A DNA stretch of 51,734 nucleotides. Source: Octopus bimaculoides (Eukaryota). The stretch lies in contig NC_068993.1 in NCBI RefSeq assembly GCF_001194135.2, forward strand, positions 25,548,317 to 25,600,050, in the 5' to 3' direction. A program made the position numbers and the translations under genes. The stretch's first letter is position 1. Each line of letters starts with the position of its first letter. The notes below the pieces were generated by a model. The model was not told the origin of the DNA, made no database searches, and saw only the letters and a list, made by a program, of their open reading frames with translations. Positions 37,769 to 50,211 of this stretch are shown in pieces.

Positions 37769-38539
37769 ATGATATACATACAGAGATATACTGAAGCTGA
37801 TGAAGTTATCTTAAAACAATATAAAGAAGGCAATGTGTATATTAAGTAAAGAATATATGCGAAAACTATGAGTCAGCTATAAATCAATGTTCATATAAGA
37901 AATAAATTTTTAAACATGTTTGAAGTATGTTTCTAAGCAATTAATCTTAATTTGAAAATATTTTTTATCAATAAAATTCAATTAGAATATAAATGCATAG
38001 TTGATAACAATTTATTAAAAAATATTTCTGTGAGATGTGTACATGTGTATGTAGGTGCATGCACATCAGCAATCATATATATACACACACACACATATAT
38101 ATACATACACAAAATGCTTGGTTTAATTTACATTATAAAAGATCACATTTCTATTTAAATTGCAAACAGGTTTGTGTATGAAAGTGTGAAGTAATGTCTG
38201 TGCGTCAGTATCAGTGGATGTGCATGAGCATATGTATATGCATGCATACATGTGTGTGCGTGTGTGTGTGTGCGCACAGGCAGCTGTGTGCGTGTGTGCA
38301 GGCAGCTGTGTGTATGTGTGCAGTCAGCTGTATTGGTGATGTGTCAGTTATTAGCTGCACCTGTATGCATACATTATATATCAGTGCTGAGTGAGTAACA
38401 ACATCACAACAGTGAACTGAAAAATGCACTCTACATGCACTGTATAACAATTGGCTAACACGTGCTAACAAGCTGTCTCGTGACATGCGGTTTAAAGAGA
38501 AGCAGACAGTGGATTATCAGAATGGAATGGAATGTAGTA

Positions 38540-38570
<31 letters not shown>

Positions 38571-38571
38571 C

Positions 38572-38605
<34 letters not shown>

Positions 38606-39409
38606 ATCTTTTTTTCTTTCTCCATGTACTCCTTGTTCGTGGAGTTGTTCTTACTGTAGTAACTGTAGTTGTTGCTGTTGTTTTCACTGCTTTAGTATGA
38701 AGTTCAAAAAAAAAATATTATAAATAATATGTTTATGATATTTAGAATTTTTCTAATTAGGTTTTTTGATACCAGGCACATGACCAAAGGATGTATAGAA
38801 GGGCTATAAGTCAACCAAATTAATCCTATCATATTATTGGTAGTTATTTAATCAATACCAAAAGGATGATAGACTGATAAACTGTTGAAAATGAATTAAA
38901 AACCATAAAAGGCAAAAAAGGTGTTCTCTGTCTTAGCCATCTCCATCATCTTACACACACACATATACATATATTAATACATAATCTATCTCTCTTTCTC
39001 TCTCCCACTCCCCCCTCTCTCTTTCTCTCTCTCTATATAATTATATACAATATGTATATGATATGTATGTTGAATATCATATTATATATAATATGTATAT
39101 AATGTATATCAAATATCATGTATATAATATGTATATAATATATATATATTAAATATGATACATACACTATATATATATTAAATATGATACATACACTATA
39201 TATATATTACATATATCATAATATATACAAGGCACACAAACACACACACATGTGAACATACAAATGCGAAATAAGCAGAGAAAATTAGCACAAGAATACC
39301 AAAAGTAAGGTTTGAGTTTTATTGAAACTATAAAACTTCACAAACTGTTACTCTGAGTTTCACATAAGTGACCGTTTGACAGGTCTGACAATCAGATACA
39401 TGAGGCAGG

Positions 39410-39900
39410 AATATATGAGGTGGATTGACAGAATGAAGAGGAAGTGATATATGAGGTTGACTGAATAAACAGAACAGTAATATGGAATGCAGATTGACAG
39501 AATAAATAGAGCAGTAAATGTATGAGATGGATTGACAGAATAAATAGAACAAGAACATAGGAGGTGGATATGAGAGAGAATGAATGAAACAGTAATATTG
39601 GTGGTGGATTAACAGAATGAATGAAACGATTATATTGGAGGTGGATCTGAGATAAAATGAATAGAATCGTAATATGGGTTGCAGATTGAGAGAATAAACA
39701 GAGTGGCAATATAAGAGATGAACTGATGGAATAAATAGAACAGAATACAAGAGATGGATATGAGGGAGAATGAATGAAAGAGTAATATTGGAGATGGATT
39801 AATAGAATGAATGAAAGAGTAATGTTGGAGGTGGATTTGAGAAAAGAATGAATAGAACAGAAAAATATGAGAGGTGAATCGATAGAATGAATGGAGCATT
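39410..39900. repeat. Degenerate ~36-bp minisatellite, about 13-14 units
   Basis: Recurring AGTAATATTGGAGGTGGATT(G/A)ACAGAATGAAT(G/A)-like unit. Confidence 0.85.
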
Positions 39901-42030
39901 AACATGGAATGTTGGTTGACCGTCTCAGCAGAATGTTAGATAAAATACCATGTGGTATCTAATAGTTTCCATTCATGGTCTGAGTTCATATCTTATTTGA
40001 GTTGACTTTGACCATTATTTTTTTTTCCTGACATTAGTAAAATAAGTATCTAAAATATTATGTCTGCCATAATTGACCACAGTTCAATGATTTTTATTAA
40101 TGAAAGAGACAAAAACATGTAACATGGCTGTCAAACAATCTGTGTATCATTAGTACCATTAAAAAAAATCATCATTGTATAATATAAACATCATGCTTAA
40201 ACAATGTTTGCAAGTAGATCTGCATAAATAAAATACCTAGAATACATATGTTGATACTCTACTCCATCACACTACTAACAATATATTTTTATCATGTTTG
40301 AAATACAGGGGTCTGGCTGGTCACTATCAGTTTGTATTGGTTGCCCTCAAGATGTCAGGTGTTCTTAGAACCCGTACTACTGATTTCCTCCACAAAATAG
40401 GGATAATGGTGGCCCATTGGAGAAATGAGCTTCACAAGGGAGGAGTGACTGCTGCAGCAAATGTCACTGACCATTTTCCATGGTAACACCATCACAGTCA
40501 TTACCATGGGGCATGATTGAGCACATCATTTGTTCTGGAATATGTGGTGCATCAACCTCTCCCCCTTCATCTTCCACTGCTTTCCTCCTCCACCTTTTTT
40601 CTTCCTTTTCTTTTTTTTTTCTTTCTTATCTTTCTTTTGTGTTTCTTTGTATTCAAATCTTCTAATAAAATAAACAATGAATATTCAATGGTAGTGGCTA
40701 TTGCTGTTAAAAACAAAGGTTTGTCTGTTTTGCAACAGAGAAAGAATCATATGTCAGTGGCAGAAGGGTCTAAGATAATTTGCATCAGCAGTTTAGCTAA
40801 CTGAATAACTAGTGACTAATCCAGATGACCATCAAATGATGTGAGGAAATCATCTACAGGACAAGAAAATCCAATATGGTCTGACAATAAATATAACAAT
40901 CAACCTTTTGATATAGAGAAACAATTGAAGAAAATTAAATTTGTCTTTTCTCATCTTACAAAAAATGAAAGTAATATCATAAATCAAAATATTTAATAGA
41001 ACCTTCACTATAGAATTATCTCGTGTATATCTAACATCATAAATTCTCTTTTATTTTAAAATAAAACTTATTTTACTAGAGTGATTTTTTTAAAATGCTT
41101 TGCAAGAATTAAATGGAAACTATATGTAAAAACTCAGGTAAAAATGTACTTTTATCTGTTCTGGTTATCTTGCAAATATATAACTCAAGCTACCTATTTA
41201 TGTCCTCTAGGTAAAATAACCAGGATTTGACATGATAATTAAATTTTCTGCCATAACGACATAAAGACTTACTGCAGCTATCAGAAGTGTATTAAAAACT
41301 ATACAAGTGGCTACATGTTTGAGATGCTTAGCCACTAAATTCATTTCAAATAATTACAGGTTCAAATCTTGCTACAATCTGTGTTTTTACTTCTGAGTAA
41401 GGTACATTACATGCTGAAAGACTATATATATATATATATATGCATATCAGTGATTGGTATTAGGAATAAATAGTTTTCCCCAACAACTTACACAAATCTT
41501 ATAGGTTTCCAAACATCTAATGAATGTCAGCATAGAACATGACATTAGACATGTGAAATTAATATATAGGATAGTGGTGTACAGAAATGTTTAATTTATC
41601 TATCTTTACATCACACACGCACACAGCTGTGTGGGGGCTGGTATGTTAAAGAATAGACTCAATGTTTCCTCTGTGAGCTGTAAAAGGTGACTAAAAGAGG
41701 TTGGGAAGAAGATTTGCACTTCAACTTCATAAAACCTACACCAGCAACAACTACCAAAACAAACCCATGAATTAGAGGGTTGTTTCCTGTGTACTGCAAA
41801 GGTGCCATCCGTCAGGAGTAAGGAAACACCATCAAGTGGTAGATGCAGTGAGATGCTGTTATAGTCCATGCCCTCACACTACTACAACTACTATTTCGCA
41901 TCAGTGACTTTCTAACATCAACTATAACAAGATGAAGTGTGACTACAACCTAATTTCTAGCTAAGCATTAGTTTAAGACAACCAATATTTATTACTAAAG
42001 AAATACTACAGACATATTTTAAGCACCGCG

Positions 42031-42212
42031 TAAGGTGGTGAGCTGGCAGAATTGTTAGTATGCCAAGCAAAATGCTTAGTGGCATTTTGCCTGTCTTTAC
42101 ATTCTGAGTTCAAATTCTGCCCAGGTTGATTTTGCTTTTTTTTTTCATTTAGAGTAGACAAAATAAGCACCAGTAGAATGTTTGCTGCCTTGTGACAAAA
42201 TTTGAAACAAAT
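42031..42212 (+). mobile_element. SINE family A copy
   Basis: TAAGGTGGTGAGCTGGCAGAATTGTTAG head, B box, shortened tail. Confidence 0.8.
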
Positions 42213-42759
42213 ATTTTAAGTCTCCTGATTTAATGGCTCAGTTATAGTCTGAGAGAGAGACATATGGCTTATTTTGAGGATGACCTGATCTGATTGATTG
42301 CACACCAGCACTGACAATTTATATTGACCACCTAAGAACAAGAACAGCAGTTCTCTGGATGGGTACCTCTAATAAAACCCATACACAAGTCCATAGTCAA
42401 CCAGAGACTATGGTAGGAACCATCAACCAAATCAAGACTGAACCTTAATGATGCAATCCAAATTAAACCCAGCTGATCACTCAGTCATGTCTTTATAAAA
42501 ATATATTATTATCCTAGAATAGATTGAATTTGTGACTACCAAGACTCATCCTATAATCCAGCCAAGTAAACTGATGCATGTAAAGTGTTATGACCAACAA
42601 CAACAAGTAATGTCAGGTGCTCAGGTAGTTTGGAGTATTGTTTGAACACGGGATTTATGGATTTAACAGCATAACCACAAAGGAATTAATGCTACTCCCT
42701 AGTTACACAGACTGAGGCAAGTGACATTGAAATGGTGGGTTGTCAAATTAAATTTCTTT

Positions 42760-42990
42760 GAATTTTGTTCTATACCACAACAATGAACACCAAGTCCAGC
42801 AGCATAGGCTATGGTGGTTTGGCCACATCTGCAGAATGAGCACTAGAAGACAACCACTCCAACTTTTGTGGTGGTAGTGACCCACTCACTGGAGAATCTA
42901 GTGCAGTGTAACAAGGATCGGAAAGCATGGAATAACATCATCACCAGAGTCCATCATCCAGTAGCACTCACAGCAATGTATTGGTTGACA
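42760..42990 (+). mobile_element. RTE-type LINE 3' remnant
   Basis: Translates QQHRLWWFGHICRM and KDRKAWNNI, matching the RTE RLRWFGHxxRM and DRxxW motifs. Confidence 0.7.
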
Positions 42991-43625
42991 GCACAGTCAC
43001 CCTCTCTGGTCGCCAGCTAGGGATTTTACTTACTTGCTTACTACAACATACTAGGCTCAAATCAAGATGCCTTTACTCTGCCAGAATAAATAAAAATATG
43101 TATGAGTAATATACTGGATTGGAATCCCATAAGATCAGGAACAGGGGGTGCAGGAAGTGCAAGCACACCCACTGGAATTTGGGAGGCAAGGGATAATGAA
43201 AAACTGGGTATGCACTGACTAATCAAATTTTGTTCCTTAGTCCCTTAATTTACTCCTTTTCTATAACAGTTGACCTTATGCTAAACCAATGTTATTAAGT
43301 ATATTTGATTCTAAAAATCTACCATAATGTATTAATATATCAGAAATATGATGTAACTCCTGGTTCTGTGGAGACAAAAATAAACAGCAAATTGTAGAAG
43401 TTATAAGATCTAATCACTGACCAGTAGTAATGGTCACAGGATTGTCAGTGAGCTAACTACTGTCAATTCAGCTGGTCATTATTGTCATTATAGTCATTAT
43501 AGACAGAGGTGAAGAACAAAGAGTTCAGTCAAAGCCTATAAGATATTCCTTTCAGTATTCTTTTATTTAATGTTTTCAGCCAACAGAAAATAACATTCAA
43601 GCTTTTAATTATTGGATGAATTAAA

Positions 43626-43830
43626 ATCATCATCATCATCGCTTAATGCCTGCTTTCAATGCTGGCATGGGTGGGATGGTTTGACAGGAATCAGCCAGGT
43701 AGAAGCCTGCACCAGACTTCTGCAACTGTTTTGACAGGATTTTTACTGCTGGATGCCCTTGCTGACATCAACCACTAAGCAGAGTGAACTTTGTGCTTTT
43801 TACGTGACACAAGCACAGGCAAGATCAGTT
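43626..43830 (-). mobile_element. Family B retroposon end
   Basis: (CAT)n followed by the reverse complement of the family B body. Confidence 0.7.
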
Positions 43831-44758
43831 TTGGCAAGGTTTTTAGTAAAGAAAATATTTAACCAGTCTAAGAAAATTAAAGATATTTATATACATGTAT
43901 GTATGTATGTATGTATGTATGCATGTATGTGCGTGTGTGTGTGTATACACACATATATACACACACATGCACGTGTGCACGCAAATACATACACTCCCCA
44001 TCTCTCCCCCTCTCTCTCTCTCGCTTTCTCTCAGGCACACATGCACGCACATATTTATGTTATCTTTTTCAGCCAATATTTAGTATCAGTTCATATGTCC
44101 ATACCAGCAGTCATCTTTTCTGCAAGCATCAGTTCATGTTTTTAATGCTCAGCCATTCTCTTAGCTCACTTTTGCTGCGCCTTTCAAGCATATTAACATC
44201 ACAGAACATATTTGCCCCACTTTTTTTTCAAGTGTAGAAGATCACAGATCTTCTACATTCAATGTTTATGCTTCACTGCCACATGGCCATTACATTCTTA
44301 GTAAATGCTTTACACATGAGAGAAATCCTTTTGTAGTCAACTAAGGTAACAGCTTCAAATCTCCCTCTGCAACTTTCTTTAGCTATAATATTTCGCATTA
44401 ATTAATAGAATCAGGTCACATTAATTAATAAAGGAAAAAAATCTAAAGAACCAACTGAGAAGTTTATCGGCTTTATGTCACTTCTAATGCTAACTAATCC
44501 CAAACATCTATCATGCTTAATTCCCAGTCAGATTGCCAGAGATCCAACTGTATCTTTCGGATACTCATTGTTTTATCTATATTTTTACCATGTTCATATT
44601 TATTTACATGTCTTTATATATATTTATTTATATGAAATATTTAAAAAGATCCTCGGGAAATACTGACTTTACATAGCTAAAAGAAAATACTTTGTAGAAT
44701 TCCATACATGTTTGTAAATAATTATCAGCATATACTTCTGTTTTATGGGAAGCGGTAG

Positions 44759-44792
<34 letters not shown>

Positions 44793-45029
44793 NNNNNNNN
44801 NNNNNNNNNNNNNNNNNNNNNNNNNNNNNNNNNNNNNNNNNNNNNNNNNNNNNNNNNNNNNNNNNNNNNNNNNNNNNNNNNNNNNNNNNNNNNNNNNNNN
44901 NNNNNNNNNNNNNNNNNNNNNNNNNNNNNNNNTTGAAACAGGTAAGGGTTGGGAACAAGAAGGGTTGGCCATAGAAAATTTGTCTCAATAAACTCTAACC
45001 CATGCAAGCATAGAAAAATGAACATTAAA

Positions 45030-45060
<31 letters not shown>

Positions 45061-46160
45061 GGAGGAGGAGGAGGAGGAGGAGGAGGAGGAGGGTGATGAT
45101 AGTAAATATGAATTATCCATATACATATATAGGACATGGTTTTGTCTCAATTTCATAAATAAAAGTAGCATTCTTGAATGTTCTAACATGACTGTCTCTG
45201 TAAAAACTTCAAGCACGTTACTGTTATTTACTGACTTCAGAACATCTCTTGACTGTATCAGCACAATAAAGCAGTCAAATCACTCTCAACAACATCTCTT
45301 CTGTCTTTAAATTTGAGACTTTTTGCTTATCTGTAAACTATCGTAGCTCTAAATTTTAGGACAGTATAAAGAAGTGTGAATAAATAACAACCACCACCAC
45401 AACAACAACAACAACAATGTAATCATAGACAATGAAAGTAAAACAGAAATGTAAATTAAGAAGCAATGAGTCAAATAGGTATTTTTTTTTTCCAAGATAT
45501 CATTACAATAGAATTGGTGTTAGTTTAATGTCTGTTGTCTGACAAAATTGCAGTTTTTCCATTCTCTCTAGGTATATATAAATATCAAATTTCAAACTAA
45601 AACCAATTTCACATCAGCTGCTAAACACTGTGGAATTAAATACTGACATTCTGAAATCATTAAAACAGTTTTTAATTTGAATCTGAGACAGCAACAATTT
45701 TCTTTCTTATTTTCATACATATTTAAACAGATAGTATCTAAAACATCACCATTGGTTTTTACTGTGAACAATTTTATAATCCTACAGTTACTAATTTCAA
45801 AAATATAGTAAAATATATTAAATATGGACTGAAATAAAGTTGATTTGATTGAAACATTGTAATTATCAGGGTTTATCTGCCCTCAAAAACCATCAAACCA
45901 TATCAAATATAAACATATTGTATCAGACATAAAACTTTATAAAACGCATTACATTTAAATTTCAGACTACAACATTAATATTTGATAAATCATCAAATAT
46001 ACTAATGAAAAATATATTACAATTTGCTCAGTTTTCATGAAGGAATTTAATTAAAGACTTTTCAAAATTAGTATATATACATACATAGTTATAACTGTAT
46101 GTTTGTATGTATGTGTGCATATATATATATATATATATATAGATATATATATATATATAA

Positions 46161-46196
<36 letters not shown>

Positions 46197-46424
46197 ATGC
46201 ATGTATATATAGTGCGTGTATGATTTTTAAATATTTCTTTTTTTCTACATTGATAATTTTGAAGATTCCAATAGACTTCTGTTAAATTAACACAGCAAAT
46301 AAAACTTTAGAGAAGTCTTAAAGTAAGTATGTATGTGCATATATGTATGTGTGTATGTATGTATAAAAATGATAATACATATATGTCAATATATATATGT
46401 ATAACAACTAAAAGAAGCCAGTTG

Positions 46425-46456
<32 letters not shown>

Positions 46457-46697
46457 TGCATGTGTGTTTGTTTATATTTGTGTTTTATAAATGTCATGAG
46501 TTATGAGTGGTACAGTTGCCACTTCTTCTGTCTGTCTCTCTCTCTATATATATATACATACATAATCCTTCAAACTGCATCCAGTAGTGGGACCCTGTAT
46601 CAGGAGTTCCCTCTAAACCTCTATTGTTCTCATTGTTCTCAGATATTCTCTGACCTAGAGTAGCAGCACCTGTCAGGATCACAGCTCTAGGTCAATT

Positions 46698-46919
46698 CTT
46701 TTCTACTTTTCTACTCTAGGCACAAGGCCCGAAAGTTTTGGGGAGGGGGCCAGTCAATTAGATCGACCTCAGTATGCAACTGGCACTAAATTTATCGACC
46801 CTGAAAGGATGAAAAGCAAAGTCAACCCCGGCGGAATTTGAACTCTGAACGTAAAGACAGATGAAATACCATTAAGCATTTTGCCCAGAGTGCTAACGTT
46901 TCTGCCAGCTCGCCACCTT
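46698..46919 (-). mobile_element. Young SINE family A copy with perfect 15-bp TSD
   Basis: AGCTCTAGGTCAATT at 46683-46697 and 46920-46934; several CpGs retained. Confidence 0.9.
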
Positions 46920-48099
46920 AGCTCTAGGTCAATTAGGAAATCAGCCAGACAGATGGAGCACATCAGCTTGATTGGGAATTATCCATCTAAGAGAAGGAAA
47001 ATACTGATTCTAAATTTCTGCTGCCTTGCAGCCTCAGTCAGCAATGGGAAAGGTTTTCGTAGTAATCCTGAAGCAGTTCAATGTTGTTATCTACTTCCTT
47101 GTTCTGACAGCTCCTGCACTGATGCAAGTGCCAAATTGGTCATGCTGTTCCTTTGGATCCATCAGTGATGTGAAGAGTAGGGGTGATGCACTGCATGAGC
47201 AACAAATGCCCAGACTTGGATCTTATTGAACACCCTATACTGGAGAGAAAGAAACTATAACTCAAACAACACCACAAGCTGGTTTGTGCGACAGAGCCTG
47301 TCATTTGCACATCGCACTATTCAGCTACAGTCAACACTGTTCCAGTACAGCAGTCAACAAGGACCTTCATCTATGGTCATTAAAGACAGATAGAGGCCTT
47401 AGGATGTATGTGTGTGTGCATGTATATATGTATGTGTGCATGCATGTATGTGCATGTATTTGTATATGTCTGCATGTATGTACATATGTGTGTATTTATG
47501 TGTTTGTAGGTGTGTAAGTATGTATATGTATGTAAGTGTGTGTATATATGTGTGTGTGTGTGTGTACACATACACACACACAAACTCAATACATAATGTT
47601 AAGATGAAGAGAGCTGAAACCCATCCTCAGCAGGAAAGAGCACACCAATTTTGCTGGGAATGAAGCTGCATGCCATCTTTTGACAAGAGCCTTGTCAACC
47701 AAATCTTGAAAAACGTCAAGTATGTCTTTCAATGTCACTCTAAGTTCAACCACAATGATTGTTTTTTTGCATTCCGGGAGAGCAGGAACAAGTCTGAATG
47801 GAACAATAAGACAAGTCTACTCTTGTGATCTCTCACAGCTGCTTTTGCTTTAGGAACATTGCTTCCTTCCCTTAGAAACCTGATGCCTGGAGGAAGGACA
47901 ATTATTCCTGGTTACTACTTCAGAGTTCTTTCCGGGACGGTTCTCACTTATGTGTGTGATCATCAACTGAGGATATACTTGGCAATTAATTTAATTATTG
48001 ATTATAGATTATTGAAACATACATGAAGTATTTGTAATCAATAATTTGTTTTCTGCTTCCTTCTTTTATACACACTATGTATACACACACACACACATG

Positions 48100-48131
<32 letters not shown>

Positions 48132-48154
48132 TGCACACACACATACACACACTT

Positions 48155-48290
48155 ATAGTAATTCATTTCTTGGATGTAACCCTTGATTTAGGCACAGGTT
48201 CATATAGGCCTTACTGCAAACAAAACAAAAGGTTGTTACTCTTCATCACAGCCTTCTGCCATCCCCTATTAGTGTTTTAAAACTTTGTAA
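48155..48290 (+). mobile_element. Penelope-like RT thumb fragment
   Basis: FLDVTLDLGTGSYRPYCKQN matches the PLE FLDVTLxLxxGxYxPYxKPN motif. Confidence 0.6.
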
Positions 48291-49349
48291 AGGGAGTCAG
48301 TGGGAAGATGTTGAATCTATCCTCCAGTAAAGGGGTCTTCAGCACAGTGGTCTCCTATTATAACAAGGCTCTGGTAGCCTGCAGGTTCAAAGACAGCCTC
48401 ACTTACATGCCCAGCCCTAACACCTGCAAGAGAAAGTGCCACTGAAGAGTCATGTGGTTTCCACACCACCATCACTTTTTCACTCATCATGAAAATCTGG
48501 ATGGAAAGGATCTTCCTTGGATTAACTGATAAACATTTTACACAGGACCATAAGTATGGAAAAATATTGAATAGGTATAACTTAGAAGCAATGTTCAGTT
48601 GTGCACTTAGTACAAAAATATATTAGTGCCCCGAAGCCACAGACAGGGGCAAGGTACTCATGTAGGATATACAGTGAGTACCCAGTAACTGGTCAATTCA
48701 GCATGGAAGCCATGGTCTACGAAACAGAAATGGGGTTGACCAACATCAGTAGAGCAACTCAATACATACACAGAAATATGTTGGGGTAATAGAGGGCCCT
48801 TACAAGGCCAGATTGAATAATCAGAATTCCTCATTTAGAATCCAAGAGAGGTACAATGTTATAATTTTAGCCAGTTTATATGACAATTAAAAAGGAAGTA
48901 AAACCATTTTCAAGTCCTATCATATTTTTCTTTTTATACCCCAACAGCTGCACTGCCAAATTGAACAATATTGCCAGAAAGTGTTGAAATTGTGATGTGT
49001 GGTCAACAACTTCAGAGAAATTAAGCTAGTATGCATCTGATGTATTGTTCTGTTTATCTGTAAATTCCTTTGCCATTCCCCTGTGTGACATTTTCATTAA
49101 TATATATGTAATACATATACAGACATCTCAAGAATAAATAGACAACCCTCATTATATTGTTTCATATATGCAGGCATTACTTTGTACTTCAAACTTGTTA
49201 ATGTATTGTGCACAAAGCATACCAATTTAATACTAGATAAAGTATTTAAATGTATTGAATGGCATTTTGCTTCTCTCCAAAATGGTTCTGCTTGTGTATA
49301 TATATTAGTGTATGTATTTTTATGTATATATGCATACATATATATGGCC

Positions 49350-49562
49350 AATACCAGTGCCACATAAATGGCATCTGTGCCAGTGACAGGTAAAAGACAT
49401 CCAGTACATTCTGTGGAGTGGCTGGCATTAAGAAGGGCATCCAGCCTTAGAAACGAAGATAAACCAGACTGGAGCCTGGTGCAGCTCTCTGGCTTACCAG
49501 TTTCAGTCAAACCATCTGACCCATGACAACATGGAAAATGGACATTGAATGATGACGATGAT
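49350..49562 (+). mobile_element. Family B retroposon end with (GAT)n tail
   Basis: Matches the copies at 27538, 33592 and 43626. Confidence 0.75.
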
Positions 49563-50055
49563 ATATGCAAATACATGGGTATTAATGTGTGTCTATATCT
49601 ATATGTATGTAAGCATGTGTGCCTGTTTATACATGTGGAGGTGTGTAGATTAGTGGTTATTGTGTTGAACTCATGATCATGAGATTGTGGTTTCAATTCC
49701 TGGATTAGTCAATGCATTGAGTTCTCGTACAAAACACTTAATCTCACCTTGCCCCAATCTGGCAAAAGTAAGTAACCCAGTGATGGACCAACATACTGTC
49801 CAAGTAAGGATGTGTATATATATATATATATACTATAGAATTTGAGAAACCAGCCTATTCAGTCTATGGATCAGAGAGGACCTTTGATCTTTTTTTTTTA
49901 TGTTTAAAAGTTATGTATGCGTATATATATATATATGTATTTATACATTGATCCTGGAGCAGAAGCTAACATCAAAATATAACACCTTAAATAATATAAA
50001 AGATCTCTATAAAGGAAAGAAATTTTTAAGAGCTTTTTTATGAATGAGATTTCAC

Positions 50056-50211
50056 CTGTACAGTGTTCCTTTCCAAACCTGTCTCTAATATATCCTGATG
50101 CACAAAAACAGTCTTCAATGGATGTGCTGCCAGAATCAGATGTGAATGAATCTGCTGGACAACGTTGACAACCTGTATCATTTACACTTCGATAACTATC
50201 ATGTGGACATT
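50056..50211 (-). CDS. Exon: GCC2/GCC3 (ephrin-receptor-like) Cys repeat (ECPHDSYRSVNDTGCQRCPADSFTSDSGSTSIEDCFCASGYIRDRFGKEHCT), absent from the ORF track
   Basis: Translated by hand. ttttctttcag|AATGTC acceptor, ACAG|gtgaaa donor, 156 nt, phase 1-1. CP..SY...CxxCP...T...GSTSxxDCxC motif as in SVEP1/SCUBE-type repeats. Membership in the same gene is inferred from strand and phase. Confidence 0.88.

Larger units (their letters stand above)
955..50211 (-). other. Partial multi-exon gene for a large extracellular Cys-rich protein (GCC2-EGF-cbEGF2-CCP-cbEGF2-CCP-cbEGF3-CCP-cbEGF); no start or stop exon confirmed
   Basis: 13 exons, each bounded by AG and GT, each a multiple of 3 in length, all phase 1-1. 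Manual joining gives an uninterrupted 615-codon frame with sensible junction codons. Confidence 0.88.

Noticed and set aside
38650-38690. Thr-rich mucin-like micro-exon candidate (VKTTATTTVTT)
   Set aside because: Part of an (ACT)n/(AAC)n microsatellite zone; its phase (1 to 0) is incompatible with the surrounding exons.
41273-41413. Signal-peptide-like candidate exon on the minus strand (tctttcag| ... ATG MNLVAKHLKHVATCIVFNTLLIAA |gtaagt)
   Set aside because: Its donor is phase 0 while the next exon (35471) is phase 1, and I found no convincing 0-to-1 bridging exon. The in-frame GCC2 exon at 50056 shows the gene continues upstream. Revisit only if RNA-seq covers it.
43034-43077. 44-nt AG/GT-bounded minus-strand segment with good splice signals
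   Set aside because: Stops in all three frames and no supporting context; probably chance.
47600-47960. KTIIVVELRV, resembling a restriction-like endonuclease of an R2/NeSL LINE
   Set aside because: Single weak motif with no corroborating RT sequence.
338-49696. Many ORF-track entries rich in HT, YI, CV or poly-I/L/Y, plus the 199-aa ORFs at 8246 and 49097
   Set aside because: These are translations of microsatellites, N gaps, or the antisense strand of LINE and SINE relics; no protein signature.
955-50211. Naming the gene SVEP1, SCUBE, MEGF6, fibrillin or selectin
   Set aside because: The domains are shared but their order matches none of these, and no search was possible.
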